From IMG/VR virus record IMGVR_UViG_3300045988_183361: DNA of 64,000 bases. One strand, 5' to 3'. The position numbers and the translations under genes are program-made. Below, piece after piece: positions 38,534 to 49,427 of the stretch. The stretch is from a virus. Each line of letters starts with the position of its first letter. Position 1 is the first letter of the stretch. The notes below the pieces were generated by a model, which did no database searches, was not told the origin of the DNA, and saw only the letters and a list, made by a program, of their open reading frames with translations.

Positions 38534-39628
38534 TTACTCATCAATTACATTTTTTATATTTTTTTCAATAAAGGGTGAAATGTCGTCTTCTCCCTTAAGT
38601 CTTTTTCTGATTAAAGTTTCTAATTTATCTTTATATTCCGAGTGCTCTTCTATATATAATTTAGCATTTGCTCTGCCCTGCCATCTTAAACTAGAATCTT
38701 CTGCATCTGTAAACCAAGCTCCAGTTTTATTGATAAATCCATGTTCAACAGCTAAATCAATTATTTCACCATTCTTGTCTATACCTTTACCAAATGAAAT
38801 TTCAAATGTTGCCTCCTTAAATGGAGGAGCTATTTTATTTTTAACTACCTTTGCTTTTGTTCTGTTAGCAACAATAGCTCCGCCTTCCTTAATTGACTCA
38901 ATTCTTCGTACATCAATTCTTACAGAAGAGTAAAACTTTAATGCTCGTCCCCCAGTTGTTGTTTCTGGGTTGCCAAACATAATTCCAACCTTTTCTCTTA
39001 ACTGATTAATAAAAATAACTGAACAATTACTTTTACTTACAACGGGAGTCAGTTTCCTTAAAGCCTGCGACATAAGTCTTGCTTGTAATCCAACATGTGA
39101 ATCCCCCATTTCTCCATCAATTTCTGCCTTAGGTACAAGAGCTGCTACAGAATCTATTACAACCAAATCTAAAGCTCCGGATCTTACCATTGTTTCTGCT
39201 ATTTCTAAAGCCTGTTCTCCGCTGTCTGGCTGTGAAATATATAAATTATTTATATCCACACCTAAATTAGAAGCATAAACAGGGTCTAATGCATGTTCAG
39301 CATCAATAAACCCGGCAATTCCACCATTTTTTTGTATTTCTGCAATCATATGCAAGGTTAAAGTTGTTTTACCACTTGATTCCGGGCCAAATACTTCTAT
39401 AATTCTTCCTTTTGGAATTCCTCCGCCTAAAGCCTGATCCAGTGCTAAGGAACCTGATGAAAATGTTTCAACATTTAATTTCTTTGTATCACCTAATTTA
39501 AAGACAGAACCTTTGCCATAGGTCTTTTCAATTTCTAACATTGCAGCATCAAGTGCTTTTAATTTGTCATTTGAAATTGATTCGTTACCCTGTGTTTCGG
39601 TATTAATATTCTTTGGTGGTCTTCCCAT
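38534..39628 (-). CDS. recA: RecA recombinase
   Basis: [32 protein letters not shown] and downstream RecA core motifs. Confidence 0.9.
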   Translation of the reverse strand: MGRPPKNINTETQGNESISNDKLKALDAAMLEIEKTYGKGSVFKLGDTKKLNVETFSSGSLALDQALGGGIPKGRIIEVFGPESSGKTTLTLHMIAEIQKNGGIAGFIDAEHALDPVYASNLGVDINNLYISQPDSGEQALEIAETMVRSGALDLVVIDSVAALVPKAEIDGEMGDSHVGLQARLMSQALRKLTPVVSKSNCSVIFINQLREKVGIMFGNPETTTGGRALKFYSSVRIDVRRIESIKEGGAIVANRTKAKVVKNKIAPPFKEATFEISFGKGIDKNGEIIDLAVEHGFINKTGAWFTDAEDSSLRWQGRANAKLYIEEHSEYKDKLETLIRKRLKGEDDISPFIEKNIKNVIDE

Positions 39629-39666
39629 ATTTAATTCCTCCTAAAAAATAATTTATACATTGATAT

Positions 39667-39674
39667 ATATGACA
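39667..39674 (-). promoter_or_regulatory. CTGTCATAT box for recA
   Basis: 39 nt upstream of ATG 39628. Confidence 0.45.
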
Positions 39675-39718
39675 GTTTTTGTTGAACAATTTTTTACATA
39701 AATTAATTTAATTTATAT

Positions 39719-40210
39719 TTAAGAGACATTTTGTTTAAGCAACTCTTCTCTCTTTTTATCTAAATAGACTACACCAACAGCATATGAAGCCCAGATATCT
39801 TTTTTAAAGCCATAAAACCATCCCGGATTCTTTTTAGTTCCTACAATTCCAAATCTATCTATTAATGCTTGCCTTATATTCGCATCCTTTGCTCTTGAAT
39901 CATGGCAAATAAATTGTTTTTCTTCTATTCTGTATATTTGCGTCCATTTAATATTTCTGCTTTCAGTTACTTGAATGAATCTGCCAATCCATACACATGT
40001 ATCAAATACAGTTTTTCCTACTGCCATACCATATGAAGCTATCATTTCTATTGCTAAAATATCAAAATCAATTTTATTCATTAATTTTAATAATTCATTA
40101 TTATCTAATAATCCTTTGTCCAATATATGATAATTACTATCTAATAATGAATAAGCCGATTTAACATCTCCTGGATCTATTGCTAATATAATCTGTCTAT
40201 TATTTTCCAT
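39719..40210 (-). CDS. RuvC-like Holliday junction resolvase
   Basis: ILAIDPGDVKSAYSLL resembles the RuvC N-terminal catalytic motif; adjacent to recA. Confidence 0.6.
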   Translation of the reverse strand: MENNRQIILAIDPGDVKSAYSLLDSNYHILDKGLLDNNELLKLMNKIDFDILAIEMIASYGMAVGKTVFDTCVWIGRFIQVTESRNIKWTQIYRIEEKQFICHDSRAKDANIRQALIDRFGIVGTKKNPGWFYGFKKDIWASYAVGVVYLDKKREELLKQNVS

Positions 40211-40340
40211 ATTTTTCCTCCAATATATAAAACTTTATATTAAAAATATGACAGCTTAAAAAGAAAAATAAGACAATCTCAAATCAATGAAATTGCCTTA
40301 TTTATTAAAATATTTAGTTGTTGTGTTGTGTATTCAGATA

Positions 40341-42113
40341 TTAATAATCAATATCATCGAAAATAATCTGTGGAGTTGTTACGCCATTCCATATATTTTC
40401 ACTTAATCTTCCATATAAAGTTAAAACAGTTGGTTCTCCAAGCTTTTCAAATTTTTCAACTAACCCGCCAAAATTAATTGCGTTAGCCTGATTATTAAAG
40501 AGTTTTAAAACCTTTTTTTCAGCACCCAAAAGCTGATAATATACACCTTTTCTTAGTTCTGTCATATAAGAAATTTTATATCTTGGCTCTTCAAATCCTT
40601 TGCCAAAGATATAATTATGAAAGGCTTCCTGCTCTTCCTTTACCTGCTCTACTGTAATATCGTAATCATAATACTTGTAATTGAACTCTTTTGGCTTTTC
40701 TCCTGCAGCTTCATGTATAGCTTCAATAAACTTATCCATATTTTCAGCTTTAACTTCTGAAATACCTGCTGCATACGGATGTCCTCCATAATTACCCATA
40801 TACTGCTTAACCTGATCTAATAATAACTTCATATTAACATTTGCCCCTTCAATTTCTGGTGCTCTTGCAGAACCTTTATAGGCGGTACCATTATTTATTG
40901 GAGCAAATACAATAACAGAAGTATTGTATTCTTCCTGTAACTTACCGGCAATTAAGCCAATAACTCCCGGATGTATTTCTCCTTCCTTACCACATATAAC
41001 AATAGGATAGTCATTTTCCATATGAGCTTCCTCTATACGCTGTTTTAAAACAGGTAAAAGGTCATTAGTATATGCCTTTCTTCTTTCGTTTGCTTCTACT
41101 AGAACCTTTGCTTTTGCAATTGCTGTAACAAAGTCGTTGTCATTCTGAAGGAAAAGGTCTACTACCTGATTAGAACCAAAAGTTTCCAGTCTTGAAATAG
41201 CGTTAATGGTAGGACTTATTAAATAAGCTAAATCATCAGTTGTTACAACAGTTTCAAGATCAGGTTTAAGGCCTACAAGTAAGCAGAACATTCCGGTTGT
41301 ACGTCCAGAATTCTGTGTTAATGTAAATAACCCGTTCTTGAGTATTAAATAATTATCATATCCATATACTCCATTAATATTTTCAATTAAATTAACACTA
41401 TCACCAACAGTTGCGATAGCAGCAAGACCATTTATCTTATCTATTGTTTCATCTTTGATATACCATTCTGGCAAATTTAATTGCTTAATATGCTGAGCAA
41501 ATTTATATACAAGCCCTGCACCACAATAATCTGAGAATTTTGCACCACAATCAACTGCATGAGGATCAATAATTACATCTGCAGGTGGCAATATTTTTTT
41601 ATTGGTTTCGTCAGTAACTGGAAGGTGATGATCTAAAATAAGAACACTCCAACCTAATTCTTTTGCCTTTGTTATTGCGTCAAGAGCTGCGATACCATTA
41701 TCTACAGTTATTAACAATCCTGTATCATAATTTTTTATAACTGGTAAACCATGAATTGATATTTCATTACATAAATATTCTACAATATTTGCAGAAGCTC
41801 CATATCCATCTAATTCTCTATCTGGTATATACCATTTTACATCTGAGAATTTAAGGTCTAACAACATAAGATTTAATTCAGATGTTGAACATATTCCATC
41901 GGTATCATAATCTCCTATTATTCTAACTGGCTTATATTTAAATAAACTAAGTAAATTAAACGCCTTGTCAAAATCGGAAATTTTGTAATATTCAGATGTT
42001 TCTCTACCATTATTAAAATCAGCAAAATATTTATTTGCTTTTTCAATAAAATTTACCTCATCAGTATTTTTCTTCTTCCATGTTATACACATATAATTTG
42101 TTCTCCTTTTCAA
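40341..42113 (-). CDS. RecJ-like DHH-family ssDNA exonuclease
   Basis: IIGDYDTDGICS (DHH motif I), ILDHH (DHH motif III). Confidence 0.7.
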   Translation of the reverse strand: MKRRTNYMCITWKKKNTDEVNFIEKANKYFADFNNGRETSEYYKISDFDKAFNLLSLFKYKPVRIIGDYDTDGICSTSELNLMLLDLKFSDVKWYIPDRELDGYGASANIVEYLCNEISIHGLPVIKNYDTGLLITVDNGIAALDAITKAKELGWSVLILDHHLPVTDETNKKILPPADVIIDPHAVDCGAKFSDYCGAGLVYKFAQHIKQLNLPEWYIKDETIDKINGLAAIATVGDSVNLIENINGVYGYDNYLILKNGLFTLTQNSGRTTGMFCLLVGLKPDLETVVTTDDLAYLISPTINAISRLETFGSNQVVDLFLQNDNDFVTAIAKAKVLVEANERRKAYTNDLLPVLKQRIEEAHMENDYPIVICGKEGEIHPGVIGLIAGKLQEEYNTSVIVFAPINNGTAYKGSARAPEIEGANVNMKLLLDQVKQYMGNYGGHPYAAGISEVKAENMDKFIEAIHEAAGEKPKEFNYKYYDYDITVEQVKEEQEAFHNYIFGKGFEEPRYKISYMTELRKGVYYQLLGAEKKVLKLFNNQANAINFGGLVEKFEKLGEPTVLTLYGRLSENIWNGVTTPQIIFDDIDY

Positions 42114-42197
42114 TATTATTTAACAAATTAATGACAGAAAAATAAAATAAAAAGCATACATTATATTGTTTTATGCAATACAATGTATGCTTCTGAA

Positions 42198-42584
42198 TCA
42201 TAAATAGAAAAACAACCCTGAATAATAATACTTAGGAAGTTTATCTATCTCTTTACAAATTTGAATAATTCTTTCATCCACTAAGAAAGAATATTGTTTT
42301 ACTCTTCTTACATCAGATTTAAAATAATGTACATCATTTATAAATCCTATAAGAATAGTAAAGAATATAACATAAGACAAAATACTTATTATACTTAATA
42401 TAATATGTATTAAACCTGTAGTTAATAAATTCAAATTTGTAAAAATAGAAATTAACAAAGTTACACATAACTTTGTCTGCTGCATAGCTGTATATTTTTC
42501 AATATCACGCCAATAAGTTGTATAACCTGCAGCAACAGAGTTATATTTCTTTAAGAAAAAATGATTTAATATATTTTTATTCAT
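42198..42584 (-). CDS. small membrane protein
   Basis: ORF track; two hydrophobic helices. Confidence 0.5.
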   Translation of the reverse strand: MNKNILNHFFLKKYNSVAAGYTTYWRDIEKYTAMQQTKLCVTLLISIFTNLNLLTTGLIHIILSIISILSYVIFFTILIGFINDVHYFKSDVRRVKQYSFLVDERIIQICKEIDKLPKYYYSGLFFYL

Positions 42585-42990
42585 TATTTCTTCTCCTTTA
42601 TTAATTATATTCTGATAGATATATGACAGAAAAATTAATAGGAGTATGTATATAATTTTTATTCCCTTATTACAATAAATGATAAAGTAATTTTTAGACT
42701 TAATTTAATTAATATGAAAATATCAAATTTATTAATAATAGAGTATGGAGTTTTACTATAATTTTTGTAAAATTACATTTTAGAAAACAAATAATTACTA
42801 AAATATAAATCAGCTTATTAATAGATTAATTTATATATCAAAAATATTCAAAAATATAATTCTGGGTGCTGTTGATATTTTTAAAATTTATAAAAATAAT
42901 ATATGAAATGATTCATTTGATTTTAGGGTAACTTTAATAAGAATACCGTGTATACGCCATTCCAAATTCTAAAATATTGATATTATTTTT

Positions 42991-44757
42991 TTATAAATCA
43001 AATACTAGCCTGTAATTTGGATTAAGAGCAATACTTACGTCATTATGACTTAAGCTATGTTTATCCATAAATCCGCAGGCATCAAGTTTAAAGATGATAT
43101 CGTCAACATCATCTTTCCATAATCCCCATTTTTTGTCCTGATAATATATTTTTTCAAATGAATTAAAAAAGCTTGAATTTAAAATAAATTCCTTTATCTT
43201 CTTTCTAAGTATTCTATATTTGTTTGTATGTTTTTTTATTGTATCTAACTTTTCTTTATATTTTTTTACAAGCTTTTGTTTGTCTATTATGGGATTCCTC
43301 CGTGTAGCGCCAACAATTTTTCTTTTATTAATTTCTTTGATATTATTTTTTATCTGTTCAAGTCTGTCAGCATCTTCAGTAAGCTTTCGTGAAATTACAT
43401 TTGAAGATACATGCAATTCTTTCATTATTTCCTTATATGTTTTACCCATTGCATATAATTCTACAATTTTATTATATTTAAATTCTCTTCGTTTTTTGTT
43501 TCTTTCTACCTGTTCTTTTTTCTTTAACTTTTCTTCCATTCTATAGCCTTCAAGATTTTTAAGACCATATTCTCTTCTTGCTGTAAGTGGATCCAACCCT
43601 AACCCTTTTATGAAGGTCGTTGTTTTAAATTTACACCAATTCACATTATTAACATTATTAAAATCTTTGAATGTAAATAGTTCTAATTCATCAATTGATA
43701 ATGGCTCTGAAGTTTTCTTTGTCAGCTTCAGCATTTCCTTTTTTGCAGTTTCATCATCATATGCTGCTCTCAAAGTATTGTATGCGTAATATGCAAAATC
43801 TAATTTATCAACATACTTAGGAACAGCATCCTTAGCAAAATTATTAAGGAATTCTATTCTGTTTATTAAATTATCCTGTAAATATGAAGGAAGGTTTAAT
43901 TTATTGCTGCTTTTGCTGTCTGAATCTTCATAGTTTACAATATCATGCAATCTGTCATTATTCTTTATAAAATATAAAGGGTGTAATGTGTTATATAAAT
44001 CATGTACAGTTGTTTTATTCTTATTAATAAATAATAATGTTGGAGTCTCAAAATTTATTGCATCATAAGTTCCAGGTACACGAATTAAAGAGTCACATTT
44101 TACTGACTCTTTGTCTACTTCAGGGAAACCTAATGAAATTCCATTCATGTCTATTTGTTTATTTATAACCTGTAATAATACCTTTCCTACCAGATTATAT
44201 TTCCACAAGAGATCCTTTGATAATTCTTCAATGCCATATATTAATTCAACTTCATTATATATAGCGTTAATAATATTAGGCTTTGGGGCATCTCCTAAAA
44301 TATAATCATAGTTATTGAGGAAATATTGAATATTGTTTTTATAATCTTCTTCTGGCCATATTATTCTTACACATATAGCTTTTAGACAGAATATGTTCTT
44401 TTCACACCTAGCCATTCGCTTTTGTATTCTACTATGTGGTGTTTTACCAGTACTATACCCTGAAGTAGAAAAACCTATTTCAATTTTGTCATAGAATTCT
44501 TTATCTGAAACAACAGATGTCTTTAATGGGTTAATGCACATATATCTATTATATTCTTCGTTTAAATAATCTTTATTGAGATTAGAAAGCACATCTTTTG
44601 CATTAGACCTAAAAACTGCTGTCTTAGATGAATCATTAACATTTAATGCAACAAATTGATAATGGCATTGATACTGCTCATTTTCTTGTTCTGTTATAAA
44701 TTTAATAGCCCTCTTCTCATTTTTATCTGCACAATTTAAAAATTTCTGTTTTGTCAT
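42991..44757 (-). CDS. hypothetical protein with sigma-70 region-4-like HTH (possible replication or regulatory protein)
   Basis: YAMGKTYKEIMKELHVSSNVISRKL HTH-like segment; lysine-rich C-terminus. Confidence 0.45.
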   Translation of the reverse strand: MTKQKFLNCADKNEKRAIKFITEQENEQYQCHYQFVALNVNDSSKTAVFRSNAKDVLSNLNKDYLNEEYNRYMCINPLKTSVVSDKEFYDKIEIGFSTSGYSTGKTPHSRIQKRMARCEKNIFCLKAICVRIIWPEEDYKNNIQYFLNNYDYILGDAPKPNIINAIYNEVELIYGIEELSKDLLWKYNLVGKVLLQVINKQIDMNGISLGFPEVDKESVKCDSLIRVPGTYDAINFETPTLLFINKNKTTVHDLYNTLHPLYFIKNNDRLHDIVNYEDSDSKSSNKLNLPSYLQDNLINRIEFLNNFAKDAVPKYVDKLDFAYYAYNTLRAAYDDETAKKEMLKLTKKTSEPLSIDELELFTFKDFNNVNNVNWCKFKTTTFIKGLGLDPLTARREYGLKNLEGYRMEEKLKKKEQVERNKKRREFKYNKIVELYAMGKTYKEIMKELHVSSNVISRKLTEDADRLEQIKNNIKEINKRKIVGATRRNPIIDKQKLVKKYKEKLDTIKKHTNKYRILRKKIKEFILNSSFFNSFEKIYYQDKKWGLWKDDVDDIIFKLDACGFMDKHSLSHNDVSIALNPNYRLVFDL

Positions 44758-44927
44758 AAAATACCTCGTAGTGAAAATTCTTATATTATATTTATGACAG
44801 ACAAAAAAAAATTTTTTCTTGCATAAAAAAATAGTGCCATTTTTGGCACTATTAGACTGTAGACAAAATCCGAGGCAAAAACCTCAGATTTTTCTCATTT
44901 GTTCCTATTTTTATCATTAACGCATTA

Positions 44928-45737
44928 TCAATTATCGCCCATAACTATCAGCTCATAACAATCTTCCTCTGTTTTTGACTGATATATATTAAACATGTTG
45001 CAAATAGGATAATACTCTGAATTAAATTTATCAAAGTTGGTAATAAGTTCATTACATGTGATGAAATTATAGTTATTATTTATTCTGCTTGTCTTCGTTA
45101 GAGAATAAATACTATCTTTTATCTGCTTATCGTAGTCCAAAAGAGAACCTTTTCCAAAATCAACTATACACATGGTATTTATTATATGATTAGATTCATT
45201 AGCAGCATTTCCAAAAGCCAAAACATAGTCTTTTATCTCATCAATCTCTTTTGTTTCTTCTCTTTTCCATGAATCATGTCTCTCAGCGTTACAGAACACA
45301 ATCACATCTATGCCATGATTATGCGCTATACCCGCTAGATTTTTTAGCATTAATGTATTTTTATCCGCATTTTCACTGTCTAAAATTACATTTCTCAAAA
45401 TCATGTCATTCTTTTGTTTATTTTTTAACATAGCATTATTAAATATATCCATACTGAGATACTTAAGATAACAGGAATCATTTATGGCTTTAGCTACAGA
45501 ATCCATAGATATTGAACTCTTTTCTTCAAGTGAAAGAGTATCTTCCTCTAATTCTGAACTTGAAGAATTATCAGCACATTCATATCTTTTGCAGAAATCA
45601 TTATACTCATTTATCCATTCAATCGGAATTTCTTTTCCAGCGGCAATAAATCGTCTAATCGCCGATTTAAGTTCCTTTATTCTTTTTAATTCCCATATAT
45701 AGCGTGGTATTATCCCTATTGGTGGTTTCTTTGTCAT
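44928..45737 (-). CDS. hypothetical protein
   Basis: ORF track. Confidence 0.5.
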   Translation of the reverse strand: MTKKPPIGIIPRYIWELKRIKELKSAIRRFIAAGKEIPIEWINEYNDFCKRYECADNSSSSELEEDTLSLEEKSSISMDSVAKAINDSCYLKYLSMDIFNNAMLKNKQKNDMILRNVILDSENADKNTLMLKNLAGIAHNHGIDVIVFCNAERHDSWKREETKEIDEIKDYVLAFGNAANESNHIINTMCIVDFGKGSLLDYDKQIKDSIYSLTKTSRINNNYNFITCNELITNFDKFNSEYYPICNMFNIYQSKTEEDCYELIVMGDN

Positions 45738-45859
45738 ATATTCCTCCTGATTAATATTTTATTAATATCATTGCCATCACTGAATTGTTCGACACAAATT
45801 TCTGTTTTTTTTCTTCCCTCTCATAGTGCTATTTCTGGTACTATTAAGTTTTAAATATA

Positions 45860-47785
45860 TCAGCGATTATTTGAAAACGACATATGATTGTTCAAATGTT
45901 TTAAATATGGAGTAAGATATACTTTACGTTCATGATATATTTCTGGGACACATAAGTACATTTGTTTTTTTGCTCTTGTAATAGCAACATAGAATACTCT
46001 TAGATTTTCCTGTCTTTCTTCTTCAGCCATGCTCATAGCATTAAATCCTGGGTAAACTCCTGTAACACAATCAAGTACAAATACATATTCCCATTCCAAA
46101 CCTTTTGCTGAATGTACTGTTGAAATAACCAAGCCCTTTTCTTCATCTTTGTTATCCATCCCTAAAGTTAAATTATCAAGAAAAGCGTTTAAAGATTTGT
46201 GATGATTAAACACTGTACATAATTCATACAACTGTTTTAAAATATTTTTATCATCATCTAATTTATCCTGTTCATTTATTTTTTGCTCTTCATTTAATTT
46301 AGCATTTTCCAATAATTCTTTTCTTTGTTCAATATAATATTCATTTATTTTTAGCACAAGATCAGGGATACTTAACTTGTTCCTATAATACTTGATTCTA
46401 AAATTCAAAATTGTATTATGCAATTTTTCCATGTCTTGATGAAATTTTTTTGTTGGATATTCATGCAGCAAGAAATCTTTTTCTGTTACATGTTCTACAA
46501 TATTTCTTGCATATGTATCACCAATTCCATATATTAATTGTAATATTCTAAACCACGCTAATGTGTCAATTGGATTAGCAATAACTCTTAAATAGGCTAA
46601 GATATCCTGGACAGCTTCTCTTTCAAAAAATTTAGGTCCTCCAACTTTTTTGTACGGAATATTATTATTCATTAACAATGTTTCCAATATAGCTGAATCT
46701 CTGGAATACTTCTCTAGCACTGCTATATCCTTATATGGGACATTTTTATTATGCAGCTTAATTATTCTATTTAAAATGCAGGTTGCCTCTTCTGCCTGAT
46801 TTTGAAGGCTTATGACTTCAGGCATAGTTCCTTGTTTATTATTACTTATCATATTCTTAGGATATCCAAAATTAGCATACCGGTTCATAACTGAATTTGC
46901 TAAATTAAGTATTTCTGTAGTGGAACGATAATTCTTTTCAAGTTTTATTACTTTGCAATTTTTATGCTTTTTAGGGAAATTAATAAAGTTAGACACATTG
47001 CTTCCTCTGAAAGCATAGATGCTTTGATAATCATCTCCTACAACTGCTAGATTCTCATATTTCTGAGCCATTTTAAATATAATTCTTTCCTGCAGATTAT
47101 TGGTATCTTGATACTCATCTACCATAATATATTTATAACTGCTTGAAATTTGATTTCTGACAGCTTTATTATCTAATAATTCGTTAAAGTATATTAACAA
47201 ATCATCATAATCTACCAGATTATTTTCCTTTTTATAATTTTTGTATTTTTCAAACAGCTCCGTATATATATATGATAAAAATGCCAAGTTACTATCTTTA
47301 AGCCCAATAACTGTTTCTAATGGTAAATCTTGATTAATTGACATGCTAAATATTTTGGCAATTTCAGATACAGAGAAGCCGCTTTTTATTTTATATTTTT
47401 CTGGATTTTCAGCTATAAGAAGTTTAATTGTATTTACAACATCGCTCTCAGAAAGTATAGTAAAGTTTTTTCTTAGACCAACTAAAACCCCATATATCCT
47501 TAACATTTTGGCACAAAAAGAATGATATGTACATGCAGTAATTTTATTGCATCTTTCATCTAATATTTGTGCAGCTCTTTCACTCATTTCATTAGCTGCC
47601 TTATTAGTGAATGTTAAAAGCAGAATACTCTGAGGTGGAATTCCATTTTCTATCATATATGCAACTCTATGTATTAATGTTGCTGTTTTACCTGTACCTG
47701 CTCCTGCAATAATAAGTAATGGCCCATCAATTGTTGTAGCAGCTTCATATTGCTGCTCATTTAAAACAGCTTTATAATCAATCAT
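45860..47785 (-). CDS. UvrD/PcrA-type SF1 DNA helicase
   Basis: GPLLIIAGAGTGKT, DEYQDTN, TVHSAKGLEWEYVFV. Confidence 0.85.
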   Translation of the reverse strand: MIDYKAVLNEQQYEAATTIDGPLLIIAGAGTGKTATLIHRVAYMIENGIPPQSILLLTFTNKAANEMSERAAQILDERCNKITACTYHSFCAKMLRIYGVLVGLRKNFTILSESDVVNTIKLLIAENPEKYKIKSGFSVSEIAKIFSMSINQDLPLETVIGLKDSNLAFLSYIYTELFEKYKNYKKENNLVDYDDLLIYFNELLDNKAVRNQISSSYKYIMVDEYQDTNNLQERIIFKMAQKYENLAVVGDDYQSIYAFRGSNVSNFINFPKKHKNCKVIKLEKNYRSTTEILNLANSVMNRYANFGYPKNMISNNKQGTMPEVISLQNQAEEATCILNRIIKLHNKNVPYKDIAVLEKYSRDSAILETLLMNNNIPYKKVGGPKFFEREAVQDILAYLRVIANPIDTLAWFRILQLIYGIGDTYARNIVEHVTEKDFLLHEYPTKKFHQDMEKLHNTILNFRIKYYRNKLSIPDLVLKINEYYIEQRKELLENAKLNEEQKINEQDKLDDDKNILKQLYELCTVFNHHKSLNAFLDNLTLGMDNKDEEKGLVISTVHSAKGLEWEYVFVLDCVTGVYPGFNAMSMAEEERQENLRVFYVAITRAKKQMYLCVPEIYHERKVYLTPYLKHLNNHMSFSNNR

Positions 47786-47817
47786 AAATTATTACAATCC
47801 TTTCCATTATTAAATTT

Positions 47818-47874
47818 ATGAACTACTCGCAACTGACTATTGTCGGATGTAGTTTTCTTGCTATTCTTCGATAA
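47818..47874 (+). repeat. dispersed hairpin repeat, copy 6
   Basis: ATGAACTACTCGCAACTGACTATTGTCGGATGTAG...; in the uvrD leader. Confidence 0.8.
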
Positions 47875-47890
47875 AATCTTTTATTTAAAA

Positions 47891-47898
47891 TATGACAG
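47891..47898 (-). promoter_or_regulatory. CTGTCATAT box upstream of hairpin-repeat copy 6 and uvrD
   Basis: order on minus strand: terminator, box, repeat, SD, ATG 47785. Confidence 0.45.
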
Positions 47899-47935
47899 AT
47901 TTATAGTGGATTTTTCTTACATAAAAAAGAGAAGC

Positions 47936-48679
47936 TTATTGCTCCTCTTTTTCAACTCTTATTTCAACAATTTCACCTTTGAAATAATCATTAACAAATT
48001 CAATATTACCTGAATGTATTACTTTATTATCCAATAATGGAGTATCTACAATAAATTCTATTACAGATCCATTTGGATTCTGCCTATGCGTTAGTTTATC
48101 TGTATGTTCATCAGATTTAGCTTCAGCAAAAATACAGGGGATAATAGTTCCGTTTTCTAAAACCACATCAATTTTTTTACCTATAGTCTTTGTATAAAAT
48201 GAACCTACTGCTATACAATATCTATCATTTACCATTCTAAGACCAGTATTAACATCTGTATAAGCTTCATTATTCTGCATATCAAATTGCTTAGATGTTT
48301 TATCTGTAATTGTTCTATAATCCATAAAGGATTTGAAATGGCAATTATCAGGAGTATCATATAATTCATATTCAGATAAATAAATATTAGGAATATCGTT
48401 TTTATCCGAATCGGATTCTAAATCTGAATTATCTTCATTAACTTCAACTTCTTCAATTGTTTGACAATTAACATCATCATCTAATGAATTGTCTGATATT
48501 TTCTTTTGAATTGTTGTAAAAAAAGCTGATTGATTAGGCTTTATTGTATGGTTTGTAAAATTAGAACATTTTTTGTTTTCAGCCGCATACACATATGGCT
48601 TAAAATTACATAAGCAAATACACAGTGAAAATAAAAATAAACTTAAATTAACATTGAATTGTTTTAAAAATTTTTTCAT
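47936..48679 (-). CDS. secreted or lipo-protein (signal peptide)
   Basis: N-terminal hydrophobic signal-like segment. Confidence 0.5.
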   Translation of the reverse strand: MKKFLKQFNVNLSLFLFSLCICLCNFKPYVYAAENKKCSNFTNHTIKPNQSAFFTTIQKKISDNSLDDDVNCQTIEEVEVNEDNSDLESDSDKNDIPNIYLSEYELYDTPDNCHFKSFMDYRTITDKTSKQFDMQNNEAYTDVNTGLRMVNDRYCIAVGSFYTKTIGKKIDVVLENGTIIPCIFAEAKSDEHTDKLTHRQNPNGSVIEFIVDTPLLDNKVIHSGNIEFVNDYFKGEIVEIRVEKEEQ

Positions 48680-48784
48680 AATGTTTCTCCATTAATATAT
48701 TGTTCATTATATATATGACAGAGAAAAAAAGTCTTTATGCGATTAAACATAAAGACTTTTACAATAGTTTGATAAAGTAAAGTA

Positions 48785-49405
48785 TTATCTGGATATATCT
48801 TCTTCCATATTTTTTATATTTAATTGTTTATTTTGTGTCTTTTGAATAGATTTAATAATTTTAATTCTATCATCTGGGGACAAGCTTTGTGACAATTCAG
48901 CAAGCTTTTTAAAAGAACAATACTCCTGACCGTTAATTATCATAATATCTCCTTTTTCAATATATCCTTCATCCTCTTTTAATAAATCGAATACATTACT
49001 GTTTATATTTTGTTTTATTTCAGATTTATTATTATTTAAATTATCATCTTTATTAACAGCTTCAGAATCAATTTTATTATTCCATTGTGAACTTATATTG
49101 ATTTCATCATCATTAATTGTATAGATCACAGTACCTTCATTATCTTCAAATATTACTTTTTCCCAAAATAATCCACAATCAAAATCATTTACTATAATAT
49201 TCAGTTCTTCATCTAAAAATCTTGTGTCGCTATCATATTCATCTGCTGCATCTCCTAAAATTTCAGCTTCTGAACATTCAAAGTATTCTTCATCTTGAGT
49301 TTCAGAATCACTAATATTTATTAAAACAGATTGATTATTTTTAAGTTTTATTTCCATATATTCAGGAATATTCATATAGTTATTTGCATAACATTTTATT
49401 TTCAT
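48785..49405 (-). CDS. acidic hypothetical protein
   Basis: ORF track. Confidence 0.5.
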   Translation of the reverse strand: MKIKCYANNYMNIPEYMEIKLKNNQSVLINISDSETQDEEYFECSEAEILGDAADEYDSDTRFLDEELNIIVNDFDCGLFWEKVIFEDNEGTVIYTINDDEINISSQWNNKIDSEAVNKDDNLNNNKSEIKQNINSNVFDLLKEDEGYIEKGDIMIINGQEYCSFKKLAELSQSLSPDDRIKIIKSIQKTQNKQLNIKNMEEDISR

Positions 49406-49427
49406 ACGGCCTCCTAAAAAATTGGTT